A stretch of 64,000 nt of DNA. Source: Sphaerodactylus townsendi (Eukaryota). Positions 58,901 to 64,000 of the stretch are shown one piece after another. Both the position numbers and the translations under genes were made by a program. The notes beneath the pieces are model-generated. The model did no database searches. It was not told where the DNA came from and saw only the letters and a list, made by a program, of their open reading frames with translations. Within the stretch, counting starts at the first letter, position 1; every line of letters begins with the position of its first letter. Where the stretch lies: positions 68,758,001-68,822,000 of the forward strand of contig NC_059434.1 in NCBI RefSeq assembly GCF_021028975.2. The letters are read 5' to 3'.

Positions 58901-61182
58901 TGCACAGAGCTATGGCAGCAAATAGCAGCCCTAGCAGGCATTGAAAATCCACCCTCGATGGTGGATCATCCCAGCATTCGGAAGGAAGTGCCCTTTTGAA
59001 TTCTGTGATTTCACCCATATTTAAATGAACATTGTTTAAAAGGTGCTTCTGTGGGTGTCAGAAAATACTCTCAGCTTATTTGTATCTCCTGTGGGCGTCC
59101 TCGTTATTGTCAGTTTCTTAGGTTCCTTGGTAGTGAATCCCAGGTTTGGTCTCAGGGAATTTGAGGTAGTTAGGAAATGGCAACCTGGAAGAGAAAACCG
59201 ATATCTCGAGATAATCTTATGTGATGTTTTCTTTTCTGATTTATACAATATCAGTCTTCTAGAACCTCAACTATGTCACTTCTTGGTTTGAAAAAAAAAT
59301 TCAATCTGTGTGGACCAAGCCTTATTTATGGAGTGAAACTCATTCTGAGGGAGAAGATATGTTTGCTTCCAAAATCAAGCTGTCCTCCTTGCCTGCATCC
59401 CCATCCCACAAACCCAAGCAGTGTCGGCATTCCCTGATAAGCTGGACTATATACAATCTTAGAAGCACCAACGTGGTGTTTGTCAAGGCATCGTTTTTTG
59501 GAACTTCCCTGTATATCAGTTGTAAGGGAAGAAGTATGATGGCAAAGTGCTAGGTCATGCTACATTACCCTGGGAGCATTATGGATTATAATTCACTGAG
59601 CCATCAGAGGGCATGACCTGGATTCAGAAGCAAAAATGTGCTGCGTTCCTTGGCGTAAGCATTAGTTAAGCTTTTACTTGTCAACAGGCAGAGGAAGAGT
59701 GTAATTACTGCAGTTCTTTTATATAGTGTTGGAAGGAAACACGGGCTCTCTGCTTATTATTAGGGTTCCCATGCAAGCCACACTGAAATGAACAAAGATT
59801 TTTCCATTAAAATCACTCGTGAATTAAGGTTCTTGTGTTTAAGCTATATGTGGCCCATTTGTTTAACCTATGAATACTTTTTCTTGATTTGCAAGACAGT
59901 TAAGTATTTCAACACCACTGGATTGGATACAGGCTTGTGGGTTTTTTAAAAAAATCTTCTTTTCAAGCATATTAAATAGAACCATATACCTTATATTAAG
60001 GATTATTTTGAAACTGCAGACTTGGTTTATTTTGTAAAGCTTGTTGATGTGTTTTGTCCTTTGTTTATTCTCACTTTACACCCATCTGTCAGTTTGAGGA
60101 TTGATCAGTTTGTAAATTGATTGCATGCACGTCTGTATGCATAGATGTATATATTTCTTTTACAGCTCCGTACCTCAAAAGTTGTGGTTGTGTAATATAT
60201 TACCCCAGTATGTTTGCACAGAATACCATTAACAATGGAGTTTTTCATGTTACATGGAAGGAGCATTTGGGGGTTACATTTCCCCACTCCATTCCCTATT
60301 CCATTGTGGCCTAGTACAGTCAAAATGCTCAACTATGGTTAGCATTAACTACTGTCTAGTTAAGATCACAGGCAAGTAAAACCATGATACAACATACCAT
60401 GCTTAGCTCTGTCCAATTAGGGTGTGTGTCTAAGGCAGATACCAACAACACCTGTAGGTCACCTTGCAAATGGAAAGGAGGGAAACCGCTATGACAGTGG
60501 TTTGAGTGGGTAGTTTCATAAACCAATGACCAAGTAAGGTTTTGCATCCTGCTTTGCAGCTAGCCCTTGACCATGGTTTTGTTCAGATGTAATATTCAAC
60601 CATGGCTGAGGGAATACAGAGAGCCTATGTAGGAAAATTCAGGTTTTTAATAGGGTCAGACCTTTCCAAAAAATCCCACGCACATCCGATTTTGCCAAGA
60701 ACATTCCTCCACTGTGAAATATGTTTGAAAATGTTTTACAAACCAACTGACACTCCCTAATTGGTTGCTGCCCTTGGTATTTTTTTTTCTGATATGAATC
60801 TGTGATTTGACATTGGGGTTTTATAAACAGGTCAAGAGCCTACAATCTTAACTTGGATGTCAGCTCTGTGGACATCAGTCAGAGTTTATTTTTAAATCCA
60901 ACGTGTCTCAGATGAGCTGCCAGACTTGCATCCCCTTGCCGGCTTTAAAAGTTGGAAGGGGCTTCAGTGTTAGTTTTTGAAGGGCTTGTGGGATGAGAGT
61001 TCTGCTGTGTGCAAGTCATGCTGACGAAGCCTATAGTGGAAGCCTTGCAAAGGAAAGTGCAGTGAAACTTAAGGCAGCATCTTAATGAAGATCTTATTTT
61101 ATTTAACTAAAGATTTAACGGTTAAGTTTAAAAAAGAAATCTTATTTGTAATGTACCTAATGTAATATCAGACTTATATCAA

Positions 61183-61188
61183 AATAAA
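61183..61188 (+). terminator. Probable distal DNAJB14 polyadenylation signal (implies about 5.2 kb 3'UTR)
   Basis: AATAAA with upstream TGTA elements and downstream ttttctgtgtg; 56-61 kb is AT-rich and nearly free of recognisable repeats. Confidence 0.55.
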
Positions 61189-61439
61189 CTTATTTTCTGT
61201 GTGAATTCAAGCTGGTGTCACCTCATTTGAAATGCCAGGGTCTGGAAACAAGGCAGGACTTCATCCTCCTTTTACAAACCGAGAATCCAATGCAGCCTAT
61301 ATTGCACATGGATCACCAAGCTACCCACAGTGCCTTGTAAATTCTGTATTAGGATGCCAACAGTGATTTTTTGAAATACACTATACAAGAAACTGTGGAT
61401 CTCTGGTATTCTTGTAAATGAAAACAAACTGGCACATAT

Positions 61440-61870
61440 CAGTATGATCATGACTATGCAACATCTGATTAGAAGGCCTTTATGAGCCCTCAAGCACTGC
61501 GTTCATCATGGCAGGGCAAGGGTGCTGGTTGTCCCTATGCCAAGGGAGGTGAGGATTGTTTCTGCGTGTACTTAGGCTTTTTTCTGTCAGCCCCAATCTG
61601 TGGGAATGGGCTACCAGAAGAAGTACAAGCGGAGTCATCGCTTTCAGAGTTTAGAAAAAACTGCAAGGCTGTTCAGAAGGACCTCAGCATAGTTTGCTAT
61701 TTTTCTTCTTTGCTGGTCCTGATAATTATGGTTTCTGTTGTGCTATGTATTTACTGATTGTGATGATTTTACTCTCTCTTGGTGTTTACGTAGCATATGC
61801 ATTGAAACTGTTTTTCAGTGATTCCTGTTGTCAGAAAAAGTGGAATATAAATATTTTAAATAAAAGCACT
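61440..61870 (+). mobile_element. Old L2 LINE 3' fragment
   Basis: RLFSVSPNLWEWLPEEVQAESSLSEFRKNCK-like motif; AATAAA-rich tail. Confidence 0.55.
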
Positions 61871-63839
61871 TTTAAAAGTGCCATCCCTTAAAATGAAGGA
61901 TATCTGAACAACAAAAGTAGTGGTGAGTTTCCCAAGTCAGAGGTCTTCTCAGATATTAAGAGAAAAATCAAGAACATGAACAAAGTACTGTTAGTGGTTT
62001 TATTAGCTGGATTTGTAGACCATTGAACTGTGATAATGGATGAATTTGTGTTCATTATTTGCTCAGTTTTAATAGCAGCAGTTCACCTGCGTTATCAAAA
62101 AGGTGACTTGTAAAGATTCCTCCTATGAAAATGTTGGTTAGTAGATTTTCACTACTTACACCTTATGTAAAATCCAGAAACCTTTGCTGTACAAGCTCCA
62201 GAAAAAAAAATGTTTCTACATTTCTACTCCCATTTTTTTAAAATGCGACATTTTAAACAAGGTAGATTTTTTTGAAGGGGAGATTTAAAATAGATGGGAA
62301 CACAGAGAAACACTGGACAACAATAACCTTCGGAGTATTGTTGCATTATCTCATAAAAGTTAATGACTGTAGATCCTTGTAGTAGCCTGCCAGATCAATA
62401 GCAGAGCACAGCATTAGTTTTAGCATTGCTGATGTTGCCTTGTTCAACCTGACTGGGGCTCCTCCCAATGCACTGTAACTGCACCAGATGCAGATGTTTG
62501 CATTTGAGTTGGTGCACATTTACTGCAGCCAAATAATTCCTGTAATGGATTAGCCAGGCAGACTCATGGGTACAGAGCGAGATGGGGTTTTAAAAGTTTG
62601 TTTTGTGCTTTGCATATGTGTTAATGCTTGAAATGAGGAGGTCTGAAAGGCTACAGAAACGAATTCCATGATTAGAAGATGAAATTCGTTTTGTAGCTTA
62701 CTTTTGGGCTGAGGTGTGACCAAGATGACAGTGGAAGGAATATCCCACACATTAGTCCTCCACTCTCATCTGCACTTGCTGGTACCTTCTAATGGTCCAT
62801 GTTAGGCACACTTGTTATGTGTATGTTGAGGGGTTCTCAAGTTACACTCAATACATGTTCAGTTGAACATGTGATAGAAACCACATTTATCCAGATACTA
62901 GTCTCTAGTTTCTTTTGTAAAGTGAACATACCTACATCTGCTGGTTCTTGCAGATGTAACCACATATATAAAGAATGTGTGTGATCAGGGGTGCTGTTGA
63001 GCTCTTATGATAACATTTTCCCTCCTGAAAGTGAAGCTTAATGCAAATAAATGGGCAGTAAAATGATCTTTCTTAGAGATATCCAGTAAATAGTTAAGGT
63101 TTGGCAGTTCACTGATAAAAAGGAGCAAACAAACAGGCTGCAGACTAGCTTTTGAATCAACCCAGCGTTAAAATTTTCCTTTCCCTCCTTTTTTTACATT
63201 CAAGAACAAGCTGAGTTTTCTGGTGAGTGCAAAACTCAATTTTATTATGACCCCTAACAAAAAAGTGGTGTAGCTTCTGGACTCCTCATCCAAAAGGACT
63301 CCGATGTTCTTCTCTAATTGCTTTCCTGTTCTTTTCCCCTCTCTGTAAATCAACTATCCTCCCTGCAGAGAAACTAATCATAGAGATAGAAGAAGAAAAG
63401 CAATAAGCGCCTTCATTTCAGGTCCAAATACAGACAAAATTATGTAGGTGTAGCACAGAGTACACTGTACAAATCCACCTTCACGTTTGTGGAGTCTGTA
63501 GCTTCTTAGTTATGCATGCCAATCAGAAACCCAGGCATGTTTAGATCATGCGTTCTTTAAACAGGTATTGAGCAGCTGCCCATGGAGGAAAAACATTCTC
63601 TTCGAATAAAAAACTAGCACATCAGAGCCTATAGTGCTAGTTTTCGACCTACAAGCCAGGGAAGCCAGGGAAACATTTTTATAAAACTAGTATCTTACCA
63701 AGGGTAGATAATATGCATAGTGTGTGAGGGGAAGAAATGGACGTTACACACCATCTCAGTCATAGACTATCTTATCCACTTCTGCTCTAATATTCTTCAC
63801 TTGAATTGAATCCACTTCTGGTCTAATATTCTTCACCAT

Positions 63840-64000
63840 AGACATGCCACGGCCTAGAACGGCACGATTCGCCCGAAGACAGATGGCTGGCTTCCCGTTT
63901 TCACAGGAAGTTCTGCCCCTAGGGTGGCGCTTTTTTATGACGACAAAGCGGCAGCCAAGGCCAGGAAGAAAAGGAAGAGGTCCCCTCGGAGCTGTTTGAC
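63840..64000. promoter_or_regulatory. Start of a CpG-rich promoter region of the next gene (LAMTOR3 expected by vertebrate synteny; no coding sequence visible)
   Basis: CpG density rises at the window edge; CAGGAAGT ETS motif; gene identity is inference only. Confidence 0.35.

Overview
Vertebrate genomic DNA, most likely a squamate reptile and probably a gecko, judging by abundant Squam3-type tRNA SINEs with (TTC)n tails, 5S-headed SINEs, Penelope-like, DIRS, L2 and hAT/pogo/Harbinger MITEs. Three spliced protein-coding genes were rebuilt by hand with consistent GT-AG phases. (1) H2AZ1: histone H2A.Z.1, + strand, 5 coding exons, 32662-34349, 128 aa. (2) DNAJB14: + strand, 8 exons, 37218-55990, 379 aa, about 5.2 kb 3'UTR. 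(3) An unnamed minus-strand gene: 6 coding exons, 30103 down to 13437, 200 aa, with a basic N-terminus, one transmembrane helix and Sel1-like repeats, lying head-to-head with H2AZ1. The ORF track shows gene 3 only as fragments. It occupies the position where the human genome has the lncRNA H2AZ1-DT. Other points of interest are a minimal hammerhead ribozyme motif in a Penelope-like foldback, a three-level nested transposon with intact target-site duplications, a strong-Kozak in-frame uORF before DNAJB14, threonine substitutions in the H2A.Z N-terminal tail, and a perfect 99-bp palindrome. There is an N gap at 22156-22437, and a CpG-rich promoter probably begins at the right edge. All calls were made by eye; no searches were run.
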